From a virus (lineage: Duplodnaviria > Caudoviricetes): DNA of 59,258 bases. Below, one piece after another: positions 1 to 12,143 of this stretch. Where the stretch lies: IMG/VR virus record IMGVR_UViG_3300032239_000632, positions 1 through 59,258 of that record. One strand, 5' to 3'. Made by a program: the position numbers and the translations under genes. Below the pieces are notes generated by a model, which was given only the letters and a program-made list of their open reading frames with translations, did no database searches and was not told where the DNA came from. The first letter of the stretch is position 1; the number at the start of each line of letters is the position of its first letter.

Positions 1-576
1 TACTCTTAAGGTACTATCTAAATTAGCAGCACCAGTTGATCTTAATGCACCAGTATGAGTTAAACCTGTTGTTACAAAATTAGCAGCAGTAGTGTTTCCA
101 CTTGAGTCTACTGTTGAAAAATCAGCACGATTAACTACTCGCAAGGTACTATCTAAGTTAGCAGCACCAGTTGATCTTAATGCACCAGTATGAGTTAAAC
201 CTGTTGTTACAAAATTAGCAGCAGTTGTATTACCGCTGGAATCCACAGTTGAAAAATTAGCGCCACCTGTTACTCTTAAGGTACTATCTAAATTAGCAGC
301 ACCAGTTGATCTTAATGCACCAGTATGAGTTAAACCTGTTGTTACAAAATTAGCGGCAGTTGTATTACTACTAGAATCCACAGTTGAAAAATTAGCACCA
401 CCTGTTACTCGTAAGGTACTATCTAAATTAGCAGCACCAGTAGCTCTTAAACCATTAGTATAAGTTAAGCCGGTAGTTACAAAATTAGCGGCAGTTGTAT
501 TACCACTGGAATCTACCGTTGAAAAATCAGCACGATTAACTACCCTTAAGGTACTATCAAGATTGGCAGCACCAGT
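1..576. repeat. 135-bp (45-aa) coding tandem repeat, >4 copies
   Basis: Units starting tac(t/c)c..aaggtactatc recur at 1, 136, 271, 406, 541. Confidence 0.9.
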
Positions 577-1560
577 CACTCTTAAAGTGCTATCTAGATT
601 TGCAGCATTGGCAACTTTTAAAGTGCTATCTAAATTAGCAGCACCGGTTACTCTTAAGGTACTATCAAGATTAGCTGCACTGGCAACTTTTAAAGTGCTA
701 TCAAGATTTGCAGTTCCTGTCACTCTTAAGGTACTATCAAGATTAGCGGCACCAGTAACTTTTAAGGTACTTTCTAAATTAGAAGCACCAGTTGTTCTTA
801 ATGTTCCATTAATATTGGCAGCAGTAACAACTCTCAATCCATCGGTATATGTTAGTCCTGCAGTTATCGTATTACCTGTGTTCAAATTACCAAATACTAT
901 ACCATTTGTTCTAACATTTAATGTAAGTGTATTAGCAACAGCACTTAAATTTAAACTTGTACCATAGATATTTGACGAGTGTGTTGTAACACCAACAACA
1001 TCTAAAGTATCATAGATTGTTGATCTTGTTGATTTTGAATTTGTTGTTACCATATCTGTCAAGTATGCAGTATTAATACTTGCAGAACCTACATTGACAA
1101 ATACTACATTACCAGTACCTGTCATACTTAGTTTGTTTACAATAGATGCATTTCTACCTATTGCAATATCATTATTTGTTGAAATATTACTTGTTGTAAT
1201 ATTATTAGTTACTTGTAGATTTAAGTTTGCTAAAACATTATTAGCAACATAAAGTGCAGTACCTTTACCATATATGTAAGCATTTGCACCAACAGTTAAA
1301 TTGCCCGTTTGAGCTGATTGAGAACCGAGTGAGATACTAGTGCCAACTATAACATCAGTAGAGAATAGAACTGCATTTGCAACTTGTAATGCTGTGCCAT
1401 TTGCAGTAATTACTATTTTAGAATTACCAGTTAATGCAAGAGTGCCATTAGACTTTGTATAGTCTCCAGTCTCTAATGTATTTAAAGCATTAGCCGACTG
1501 ATTGGTTTGAATTCGCCATTCATCTATTGTATTATTTTTGGTGATATTAGTTATTGCCAT
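1..1560 (-). CDS. Tail fibre / repeat-rich virion protein, truncated at window edge
   Basis: ATG at 1560 (MAITNITKNNTIDEWRIQTN...). The same frame gives the TGAANLDSTLRV repeats down to position 1. Missing from the ORF track because it has no stop in the window. Confidence 0.8.
   Translation of the reverse strand, partial: MAITNITKNNTIDEWRIQTNQSANALNTLETGDYTKSNGTLALTGNSKIVITANGTALQVANAVLFSTDVIVGTSISLGSQSAQTGNLTVGANAYIYGKGTALYVANNVLANLNLQVTNNITTSNISTNNDIAIGRNASIVNKLSMTGTGNVVFVNVGSASINTAYLTDMVTTNSKSTRSTIYDTLDVVGVTTHSSNIYGTSLNLSAVANTLTLNVRTNGIVFGNLNTGNTITAGLTYTDGLRVVTAANINGTLRTTGASNLESTLKVTGAANLDSTLRVTGTANLDSTLKVASAANLDSTLRVTGAANLDSTLKVANAANLDSTLRVTGAANLDSTLRVVNRADFSTVDSSGNTTAANFVTTGLTYTNGLRATGAANLDSTLRVTGGANFSTVDSSSNTTAANFVTTGLTHTGALRSTGAANLDSTLRVTGGANFSTVDSSGNTTAANFVTTGLTHTGALRSTGAANLDSTLRVVNRADFSTVDSSGNTTAANFVTTGLTHTGALRSTGAANLDSTLRV
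541..800. repeat. 36-bp (12-aa) coding tandem repeat, ~7 copies
   Basis: Units at 541, 577, 613, 649, ... encoding xxAANLDSTL(R/K)V on the - strand. Confidence 0.9.
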
Positions 1561-1563
1561 TTA

Positions 1564-1794
1564 TTATCTACTTTTTTCTAATAGTTGATTTAACAAAGAC
1601 TTGATTTCTTTCATATCAGATGACATCTCCTGAACTTGATTCTTCAATCTATTTATTTCATTATTTTTCTCTGTCATACTTTTACTTAATTTTTTTCGTG
1701 CTTCATTCTCTTGTATTAAAGACCTATTAGTCGCCAATAATGCACGACTATTAGTATCTTTAGAATAAGGTGTTCCTTCAACTTTTAATAACAT
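1564..1794 (-). CDS. Small coiled-coil protein typical of T4-like tail loci
   Basis: ORF with KDTNSRALL and a C-terminal heptad EINRLKNQVQEMSSDMKEIKSLL. Confidence 0.7.
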   Translation of the reverse strand: MLLKVEGTPYSKDTNSRALLATNRSLIQENEARKKLSKSMTEKNNEINRLKNQVQEMSSDMKEIKSLLNQLLEKSR

Positions 1795-1796
1795 AA

Positions 1797-4700
1797 TTAT
1801 TCTGCGGGTAATGCAATTATACGTAAATTTTTAACTCTAGGAACAATTGTAGGATCACCCGATCTCAATACAATCTTAATTGATAAAGTTACAAATGTAT
1901 CGTATGTTACACCATTTGTTGAAGTGTATGTAATAAAATTATCAATTGCAGATGGACGATATTCGTAATCTGTAAAAGTATATGGTGTTAATGCTGCGGC
2001 TACTGTAGGATTAATATTAACTAATTTTTGATATCTTCTATCTTTAAATGCTGTGCCATCAGAACCAGACAATATCTTACAGAATACATCTACTTCAGTA
2101 CCTAGAGGTTTATTTGCAGTTAAGAATACTCGTAAATCACCCGCATCAAAACCATCTGCTAATTGAATTTGTCTTGTAATATATCTTGCGAGACATGGAC
2201 CACCACTTGAATCGTATTCAGTATTCAATACAACACTTCCACCAGAACCAGATGCGGCAACAGCAGGATAGTTTGTATTTGCACCAATAGTTATAGTATA
2301 GTCATCAATGTAACCAGAACCAGGAGAAGAAACATACACACTAAGAATATTTCCACTAGAATCACATGAAAGATTACCAGTGAAACCTATACCAGTATTA
2401 CTGCTAATAACGATAACATTAGAATTTCCATAACCAGTTCCCGAAGCAACAATTGTAAAATCTTCTGAATTTACTTCTGCATCATCAACATAATTTTCCC
2501 AAATATTTAAAAATGCTTTTTCTACTGATATAATAGGTGTGACTGATTCATCTGTTGTTGACATATCTACTTTAACAGTAAAGTCACCTTTATAACCTAA
2601 AGTCTTTCTTCTATAACCAACTGCATATAAATCATCATTTTCAAATGATATTGTTGTTGCTGGTACAATTGCACGATAATCTGTTTCCATTAAACCGGCA
2701 ATTGTATTTGCTTTTAATGAATACCCAAGAGAAGTTCCAGTTGGAACAATTGATGTTTCCAATAATCTAACTTTATCTACATTGTAAATTACATCCTGTT
2801 CATCACTTTGTAATACTAATGATGCGGGTGATGTTGAGAACGAACATCTATTTAATCTAAACATCAAATCTTCATTAATATATGGTACATATTCCATAGA
2901 ATTTTGTGAACGATATAATGTTCCAACATATGGGTTAATACCAATATACTGATTACTTGTTGATAATTATCCTTTTTCTGCTTCCCACAATATATAATCT
3001 GGTGAATCAGTTATTACAACAACTGCATATAAACCAGGTTTTAAGAATAACGGAGTATAAAATTCAAAGTTTGTTATTGTTGTTGAATCATCAACTGAAG
3101 GTGATGCATCTGAAATATTAACTTCAGATGGCACTTTAGTTACAACTGATTCTGGATACCAAAAATCAGATGAAGGTGCACCATTTACAGTTGGTCTTAT
3201 TTGAACCCATACTGGTAAAGTATCGTCTTTTGCTTTGAAAAACAAATCTACACTATTCAAGAAAATACCATATGGATATCTTGCCGGATCAACAAAGAAA
3301 GTTTGTGCTAATGGATCAACATAATAGGTACCCAATAATTGTGATCCAGCTGATCTTGATGATACTAATCTATCTGATGTAGTTGTTCCAACAATCTTAG
3401 AATCAACATCATAGTTATATACAGTATCTACTAATTCTGTTTTACTTAAACTTAATCCAGATGCAACATATAATTTATCTGCAAATGAAATTGAATCACC
3501 ATCATATGTATTATTGAATGATTCTGTTACACGGAAGTTTCTTTGACCGGATCTAAATGTTGCAGTTGGTATATAAAATGCACCACCGGCTTGACCATAT
3601 TTGTTAGTTTTATTAGTACCAATGCTATAAACAACAGAACCTTGTGTTGTTGGTGTAGCACTTATTGTTGCCGTTTTTGTAGAACCAACATAAGAACTAA
3701 TCGTAAATTGTTCACCAATACCTACTTCAGAAGTGGCTGTATGAATAATTGATACAGTATTGCCATTATAGTAATCGTTAGTTGTAGATGCATTATCATC
3801 AAATACAATGGTTGCACTTGATACAGTTCCTAATCCAGAATGATGTTCATTTATTGAAGATATTGTTAATGTTACACCACTATCTAAACCATAAACATAT
3901 TTACTTGTGAGTGAAAAACCAGATTCATTAATGAATGAAACATTTGAACTACCTTTTTCACTAACAGCAACATAACCATATTTGTATGATGTTCCACCAC
4001 TTAATAGTGATACTAAATTTGCCGTTAAATCTGCAGTTGAACTTGCAAACAACACAGGTTCGCCAGCAATCAATGTTGTATTGACATTCATTGTAACTTT
4101 ATTTGGTACAACAACATATTTGTTTACATCAACTTCATCAAAGAATGAATATACAGTTGTTGATGGGCGTAGACCATTTGTCGTAAATAATACTTGTTTT
4201 GATTTCATGTATGGTTGAATCGCTAAATCAGTTACAAATTCACCAACACTTTGTTGTGATGCAGACGTTGATATTTGTTGTTGACTTAATTCAGCACCAG
4301 CAGTTAAATAAGTGTTGTCATTGTATGCTTGATAAACACCCCATAGACCACCACCTGCTTGATGACCACCACCCATCCATTGACTGTAAATATCACCACT
4401 TTTTTCATTTCGTGTTTGATACCATTTTGAATCTGCAATTTGTGCAAAAGGACTATTTTTATCATCAGACCATTGTTTTTGATTATCAGCAATATATTTA
4501 AATGCATCATTAATAAAATTAAATGCATTTTCAATACCTTGATTGGAATTCAATACAACTTTTGCAGTTGTTTCTGAATCAACATCACCAGTGAATTCTG
4601 GAAATAAACGCATTGTTCCTTTAAATGAAGAATACAAAGCTGCAGCAATTGCTGATGATTTTGTTGCATATGGTTGTTGAGCAAGAACCGATGTTGTATA

Positions 4701-7700
4701 ATCCAACATCATAATCTTTTGTTGATTTATACCAGGCGTTATTAATTTTGTTCCGCCAGTAGATATTAAAGTATTTGCCTGTAAATTAATTGTTCTCATT
4801 AATGATGCTGGTTTTAATTCACCCCCATCAATTAAACATCTATTATCAAATTGAACTTGTGTTGTTGGTGCTTTAACATCATCTGAAGTAAAGTTATCAG
4901 TTAAGATACCATACTTTGATCTGTCTAAACCATTTGCATCTGTAATTTTTGTTGATGTTGCATCTTTTTCCAATGAATTTAGAGAAACATAATATTCTAA
5001 TTGTTTGATGCGATTTTCAAATGCACCGATATCTTGCATTGTATATCTACGATGATTTTGAAAATTGGCACGAATATCTTTTACATTTTCTGTATATGCA
5101 GGTATTGATAATGTGTAAATTAACATATCACCAGAATTTACATTTGGTGCAATAGGTTTAATTGCTGATGTGCCAGATACTACTTCAAAATTTCTAGATT
5201 GTTTAACTACCACACGATCAATTCTACCTAGATAATAATCAAAATTACTTGTTAATGATTGATTTGGTAATGGATTAACTGCACCAGATATATTTGTTGT
5301 ACCAACACCTCTTGTTGGTCTGAAGTCAAATGCTGATCTTAATGGTATTAATTTATTATCTTCTTTATTATTAAAGTAAAAAATTTCATCGTAAGTAAAA
5401 TTAGAACCTGCTTTTAGATATGAGTCTACAGTAAACAAACCATCATTTTGTGGTGATGGTGCAGATTGATGACTTAGATATTTGTAGGTAACATAAACTT
5501 TACCACGTGGTGCACTATACCCACGTTTCAATGTAATTGTTGCATGGTCATAATGTGTTTTACGTTGACCGTTATCAAAATCATAATGTGTAGTAACATC
5601 ATATGTTGAACTTGACAACATTGCAGTTGTTACATTAGCAGCAGAACTTCTTGAGTCTGTAATTCTAACAATTTGTAATACATCAGGTACTTGTAAACTA
5701 ACTGCTTTACCTGGTGTTCTTAAATCTGTTAATGTTGTAGTATCATCAAAGAATGTTGAACCAACAGTATTAAATACATAACCTACTCCACTAACTGAAG
5801 TTTTTGATGATGTATTTGCTGTATAAAGACTTGTTGTACCAGGAGAACCTGCACCATTAGTAAACTCATATGGAACTAATGAATGTAAATTTAATCCAGC
5901 TGTTGATGGTATTAATTGTTTACCACGAATTGCACCCGAAGATGCATTTTCTGCATTATTAACTTTAGAGTTAATTAATAAATCAACTTTTACACCTGCA
6001 GTATTAACATCAATTTCAAAATTTGTTGAACTGATTGCAGTTACCGTAAATAAATTATTTGCTAGTCCAAGAATAGTATTCGCAGCAATACCTGATGTTG
6101 CATTTGCAGCAGTATCATAACGAACCATACAAATAATATTATCTCTAATATTTGAATCAGAAATAACACCAGGTGAACCGCAGAATGAGAATGTATCTGT
6201 ACCTTCTGCACTAATACTAATTACACCACCAGCATCTGCAGTTTTATTACTATAAAATTTCTTCGCATAAAAATCCATATTTGTCAAAGTAGAAGCTTTT
6301 ATTGCTTGATATGGTACATCAAATATTAATGAGGATCTTTGTGGTCCTGAAATCATTGCAAAACCAGTTGTTGTATCTTTAGAATCACTATTGATATTAC
6401 CAGCAAATGTTTTTGTAGTACCACTTTTAATTACAAATGATTCTGCATTTTTAAAATCTGAATCAATAGAGAATGTATTTGATGTTGGGGTAATTGGCCA
6501 TGCAGACTGTAAGTAGATATGTGTTGCATTAGATGATTGAATTAATACTGGAGAAATTCCTGTACCACCTGCATCAGTAACTCTAAAATACATATTTGCA
6601 TATGCATTGGTACCTACAGTTGAAGAAAAACCAGCAGGCATACGAATTGATCTTGTATTTGAACCTGATGCTTGAGTTGTACCAGTGATTGATATACCAT
6701 TAGCAGCAAATGTATGAACAGTAAATGAATGTGTATTACCAATTTCTAATGTCGTTGAATCGTTATAATCCATCATATTGGCACGTATTTCACCAATCTT
6801 TGTAGAATTATATGCCGTAGTGGTTGTTGTATTAACACTTGTATGTGCAACACTGTGAACATCTAATAATGGATAATTTGTAATATCTAATGTACCATAC
6901 ACAGTATCTAATACAATAGAACTTTCATAATTTGTTGATACATCATAACCTTCAACATTAGCAACTTCTCTTGCTCGATCTAATTGGATTGTTGTTGGTG
7001 CAATAGTTTGAAATTCATATCCACTAACATAGGCTTTACCAGGATCAAGAACAATATTAAACATACCATTTGCAGAATCACCTTCTTCAATAGAAATAAC
7101 GAATGGGTCTACAGTATAGTTGCCTGACTCATCGTATGTTCTACGAGCTAACATTTTTTCAATTTCACTATAGATTGGGTAATCAATTTCTTTTGTCTTT
7201 ACACCATCTACTAAACGAATAACTTCAAAGAATGAAGATACATCTGCAGAATCTAATGATCTTTTTGATAATGCTGTGTTGATTACAAATCGTTCTGCGC
7301 CTGGCGCTTGATAATTAAATGCGCCTTGTGCAGGATCCAATAATGAAGTATCATCAACTTCATCTACAATAGTTGAATCAAATTCAACACCAATCTTATA
7401 TGATGGTTGTTTATTGATTGTCGTAGAAGAACCCAATCTATAGAATAACTCAACTACTAAAAATTGCGGTGTAACTTTTACAAATTGTCCTTTGAAGTAA
7501 TATACACCATCTTGAATACTTGCAACGTAAGAAGAACCATAAGCAGCAGTATCTTTTAATTGTGCATAGATATTTTGACCATAAATCTTTAACTCATCCG
7601 ATTCAACAAACCGATCACCACTAAGATATTTAATAACCAATACTGGATTTGTACCAACACTATCAACAGCAATAACTTTTGCTCTTGCCAATTTTGTAGA

Positions 7701-8000
7701 GTTGTATGATACAATTGTTTTTCCTAGATAATCGGAAGGAACAATATCTGCGTTATTATATTGTGCATTTAAGATAATATAGTTAGCAGCAGTATCTAAA
7801 GAAATTTTACCACCAATTATTGGACTACCACTTTGAAATATATGATTACCAAATTTTTCTATTTGACTTGATAAAATTGTTTGCAGTTGAGTAAGCTCTC
7901 TTGCCTGAACTGAATATCCAGGACGGAAAAGAACCCGCATAAAGTTTTTATCTTCATTGAAATCATCGTAATATGGATCGTAATTGAATAGAGTAGTCAT
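1797..8000 (-). CDS. Large virion structural protein (VrlC/DUF4815-like), interrupted by one in-frame TAA at 2967-2969
   Basis: N-terminus PYYDDF...RVLFRPGYSVQARELTQLQ, DPLAQTFFV, C-terminal KIVLRS..P..VPRVKNLRIIA. The ORFs 2967..8000 and 1797..2897 are in frame, joined by 23 sense codons. Confidence 0.8.
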
Positions 8001-8010
8001 TTATTCCTCG

Positions 8011-9336
8011 TTAAAAACTCAGTATAAAACGGATTCGTTCGGTTTGTGCATCATCACGGGTTATTGGTGTTTTACTTGTTATGTATAATATTTTTCCTGA
8101 ATACAAATCAAGTGTAGGCGTTTGTATTGAATTTACAACACGAATTGCACCACTATCTCTTCCTTTTACCGCAGAATTTACATTTAGTGTGCCACGAACA
8201 TTATTTACATAAAGATGATTTTCTACAGTATCGAATGATATAACTTCTGCTTTATATGTTGCAGTATCATATGTTGCGCCTTGATAAACAACTTCATCAA
8301 CACCAAAATCACCTACACCAGGTGATGTTGTTATTCTTGTATATAAAGTATATGCTTCACCAGTTGCAGGATTTATTGTATTGTATAAATGTGGATTGTG
8401 TAATAAAACCACTTGTCTAAAATCATTATCTGTTGGTAATACACCAGATTCATTTTGATTGAATTCAACATTAAACATTAAATTAGATGCAGATAATTCA
8501 TATACTGGATCATATCCATGACCATCATGTGGTGCAATAGAAACTAAAGCAGTAGCATTATTACCAACACCACCAGTAACATCTGTAAATGTTAAATCTG
8601 CATATGTGTATTGTGTTCCACGATTTTGAATAATAACATCAACAACATGTCCATTTGTTACATTTGCTTTTAATATTGCACCAGTGCCATCACCATCTAT
8701 TGATATAATACTTTGTGTTGTGCCATTGGTATAATTATTTCCTGAATTTTTTATAGTAACAATATCAAGTCCACCACCAACTGCTGCGGCAGTAACAAAC
8801 TTATTATTAACTACTGGCATCCAATCATCAGTTAAAAATCTTTGTTTTTGTACCGATGAAACAGTATACAAATATTTCCACTTATAACCATCTGCAGTTA
8901 AAACATATGGTTCTTCTAATGAAGTTGTAGATAATGATAATGCAGGTTCAGATGTAGAATTTGCGCTTGAGTTATTTGCTAAACATTTAAATACTTGATC
9001 TTTACTATTCAACACATAAAAATTAGTATTTGCTTCGTAAGTGTTATATTTTGTATTTGCAGTCCAATTATTCCTATCTACGACCAAAGATGCATTAGTA
9101 TATGATAATTGTTTTGCCAATATACCATATCTATAGTAATCATTCATCACAGAATCTGTTTCTGTAGGGGTAACTGGAACTTCAGTACCAGCATTCCAAG
9201 GCAATTGTTTACCTATAAATGCATACATGTATGATCTTCTTGATGTAGGAAGATATGAATTTGCCGTCAAATCTAATAGATTATAAAATTGTTTGGCAAG
9301 TAATACTTTTAAATTTTTTGTTATGAGTGATGACAT
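8011..9336 (-). CDS. gp8: Baseplate wedge subunit gp8-like
   Basis: FYVLNS..VFKCLANN, DGYKWKYLY, NDFRQV, ITRDDAQTERIRFILSF. Confidence 0.85.
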   Translation of the reverse strand: MSSLITKNLKVLLAKQFYNLLDLTANSYLPTSRRSYMYAFIGKQLPWNAGTEVPVTPTETDSVMNDYYRYGILAKQLSYTNASLVVDRNNWTANTKYNTYEANTNFYVLNSKDQVFKCLANNSSANSTSEPALSLSTTSLEEPYVLTADGYKWKYLYTVSSVQKQRFLTDDWMPVVNNKFVTAAAVGGGLDIVTIKNSGNNYTNGTTQSIISIDGDGTGAILKANVTNGHVVDVIIQNRGTQYTYADLTFTDVTGGVGNNATALVSIAPHDGHGYDPVYELSASNLMFNVEFNQNESGVLPTDNDFRQVVLLHNPHLYNTINPATGEAYTLYTRITTSPGVGDFGVDEVVYQGATYDTATYKAEVISFDTVENHLYVNNVRGTLNVNSAVKGRDSGAIRVVNSIQTPTLDLYSGKILYITSKTPITRDDAQTERIRFILSF

Positions 9337-9344
9337 AATTGTAT

Positions 9345-12143
9345 TTATTTAACTTTTAAGACGTTTGTGACAATATTTTTAGTATTTGAAGTAAATGCAG
9401 TATCTACTTTAATAGTATTAGCATTTACAAAAGTAACAGTTTTAGTCTCATCAAAATATAAATTGATTGTCACATTATTTGCAGTAACACCAAGAGTATT
9501 TTGAGTAATTAGATATTTACTATTTGATACACTTAATACGGTTTCTGTATTGCCAGTTGATAAGTAAATAATATCACCATCAAGAATATCATTAATAAAG
9601 TTACAAGTATTACCAAATACTGTATTAGAACCAAGTGATATATTAACTGTATTTGCAACATTACGATACACACCAGTAAAGATTACAACATCACCAACAT
9701 TGACATAATTCATTAAATTGGCAGTTGAATTTGTAGTTGCATTAGCACCATATACAATATTAAATTTTGTTGGTAATGCTTTTATTGTAATGCTTTGATT
9801 AACATCATTTGCAGAGACATTTTCAGAATTATTATCAATTCTTGTAACAAATGTTTTTGTACCTAACGGATGAACAATATCGTTTAAAGGTTTTTTAAAT
9901 TTATTGTAATCTGTCTGTGAACTAATTACATATGAAAAATTGTGATATTTGTTACCATCTTGCATAACTTTATCTGCACTCAAATGACCATCTGTATTCA
10001 AATAGATACCAGGATAACGAATCAAACCATTTTCAAATTTTGCAGTTGCTTTACCACGACCATCACCATATACTGTTGTGCTACCTAAAACAACATTACC
10101 TGATACTATACCATCATCAGAATGAATTGTTTTAGTTATATCAAGAGTTCCCCTATAATCAAACAATCTAATAAATCCAGTGCTTTGATTAAATTGATCA
10201 ACATATGCAGAAAATGTTGTTGTAAGATTACTTGATCCCTGATATATTTTTGTATTTGATACAAACAATTGTCCAGAAGTAACATTCTGTAAAGTTAAAT
10301 CCATATTTCTTAATGATATCATAGGAGCTTCAACATAATCATAACCATAACTAACTACACGTATAGAAGTTATAGCACCAATTCTTGAAGTGGATAATGA
10401 ATATTGTTCACCATCACCAAGAACTTCACTGACATACACATTAGCACCAGCGCCAGAAACTGTGTTTATTGTGATTGTTGGTAATGCATTTCTAGTATAT
10501 CCTTCACCACCCAATACATATGCATTTGAAGAATGATTATTAATTGTTACTGTTTTAATACCACTGTTGCCAGTATGTATAGCACTAACATATGCATTGG
10601 CACCATAACCAGAACCACCAGTAAATGTTAATGTTTGATTAACTGCATAATTACTACCACCATCTGCAATAATAATTCTTCCTAATGAACCTATCTTATA
10701 TAAATCATTTCTTACAATTTTATATACTGAAACACCAGAAACATCATTTGCAAAATTATTAGCAAAAGATATTGTATGCGTAGTAACTCCAGTAATTTGA
10801 AATATATCCTCCATCTTATTTACAACATATAATCTCACATAGTTACCAACTTCAAATGATGTAGTCAAATCTTGAGTTAAATCTGTTAATATATTTGTAT
10901 CTTTTACAATATTACAAGATGTTATAACAAGAACGTCATCATTAATTTCATTGTAAAAACTATAAGTATCTAAAGTTGGTTTTGCTCTGTATCCGCCACC
11001 ACCTTGATCTAATGAAACAAATGATAATGGATATACATTAAATGATTGATATGTGCCAATATTAGAAATTGTAATAGCATTAGCAACATTGATGTTTGCA
11101 TATAGTCCATTTAAAGTTTCAATGGACATATTTCTTAAATTTACTTTACGAACGACTGAAGTATCTACTAAATTTATAGATGCTTTTGCTTCTGCCCCAT
11201 ATGGCGCATTTTCAAATCCACCTTTAAAATCTAAAGTTGAAACTGATGCATCATAAGATGAACTTATTTCACTTGTCGTTCTAAATCCAAAACCTGGATT
11301 AGTCAATATAACTTCAGTAACAGAACCCTTTGTTGTATTACCAACGTATGCTAAAGCACCCACTGGATTATTTGCAGTTGGATTTAAACCACCTACAATA
11401 GTAACTGGATCACCATTATATGGTATTAATGGATCATATCCATTATAATACAAACCACGATTTAATGGATTAATTTTAATCTCTGATAATGCACCAATTA
11501 AACGACCAGATACAGTTACATCAACAACACCATTATTGTATGTTGCATCTACAGTTTCACCTGTTTCAAACAATCGTTCAACATTAGATACATAAACTTC
11601 AATGTATTTAATACCTAATTGACGATCAATTGATTCAATAACTTTTTCTACTACTGCAGTTGCTTTAGATATTCTACCTGTTATTTTTGTTTTTTCAATA
11701 TTAAAAATATTGTTGTCACTAGTATCAATTCTAAGTGCTAAAGGCAATACCCATTTACCATCAGATACTTTTAAGATATCATCTTTAGGATAATAAATGT
11801 CTATATTTTCATTATATAATGCACGAAATAAAAACTTTACTGAATCTTGTGTACCATTAGATTTATAAAATGTGGTAATTAATTTTAAAAATAATCTTTT
11901 ATCTGCCAGTATATTCTCTGGAAAATAAGGCATTAAATCTCTCTTTAACAAATTTAGATAATCATTATCTGCTGTATCTAAATCTATAGAATCATTTAAT
12001 GCTTTTATTTCATAACTAACTTGATTATTGGTTTCTAACCATTCATAATACTTTTGAAGAAATGTTACAAATATAGGATATTCTTCCCGAACAAATTCGG
12101 GTAATTGTCTCTCTACAATTTTAGAAGTTAAAACTTGATCCAT
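9345..12143 (-). CDS. gp7: Baseplate wedge initiator gp7-like
   Basis: QLPEFVREEYPIFVTFLQKYYEWLE, FYKSNGT..SVKFLFRALY, YHNFSYVI..VHPLG; lies between gp6 and gp8. Confidence 0.75.
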   Translation of the reverse strand: MDQVLTSKIVERQLPEFVREEYPIFVTFLQKYYEWLETNNQVSYEIKALNDSIDLDTADNDYLNLLKRDLMPYFPENILADKRLFLKLITTFYKSNGTQDSVKFLFRALYNENIDIYYPKDDILKVSDGKWVLPLALRIDTSDNNIFNIEKTKITGRISKATAVVEKVIESIDRQLGIKYIEVYVSNVERLFETGETVDATYNNGVVDVTVSGRLIGALSEIKINPLNRGLYYNGYDPLIPYNGDPVTIVGGLNPTANNPVGALAYVGNTTKGSVTEVILTNPGFGFRTTSEISSSYDASVSTLDFKGGFENAPYGAEAKASINLVDTSVVRKVNLRNMSIETLNGLYANINVANAITISNIGTYQSFNVYPLSFVSLDQGGGGYRAKPTLDTYSFYNEINDDVLVITSCNIVKDTNILTDLTQDLTTSFEVGNYVRLYVVNKMEDIFQITGVTTHTISFANNFANDVSGVSVYKIVRNDLYKIGSLGRIIIADGGSNYAVNQTLTFTGGSGYGANAYVSAIHTGNSGIKTVTINNHSSNAYVLGGEGYTRNALPTITINTVSGAGANVYVSEVLGDGEQYSLSTSRIGAITSIRVVSYGYDYVEAPMISLRNMDLTLQNVTSGQLFVSNTKIYQGSSNLTTTFSAYVDQFNQSTGFIRLFDYRGTLDITKTIHSDDGIVSGNVVLGSTTVYGDGRGKATAKFENGLIRYPGIYLNTDGHLSADKVMQDGNKYHNFSYVISSQTDYNKFKKPLNDIVHPLGTKTFVTRIDNNSENVSANDVNQSITIKALPTKFNIVYGANATTNSTANLMNYVNVGDVVIFTGVYRNVANTVNISLGSNTVFGNTCNFINDILDGDIIYLSTGNTETVLSVSNSKYLITQNTLGVTANNVTINLYFDETKTVTFVNANTIKVDTAFTSNTKNIVTNVLKVK

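Noticed and set aside
1-800. Regularly spaced repeats as a possible CRISPR array
   Set aside because: Units are multiples of 3, vary mostly at codon third positions, lack unique spacers and lie in an open frame
563-967. + strand repetitive ORF (134 aa)
   Set aside because: Antisense shadow of the 36-bp repeats in the - strand fibre gene
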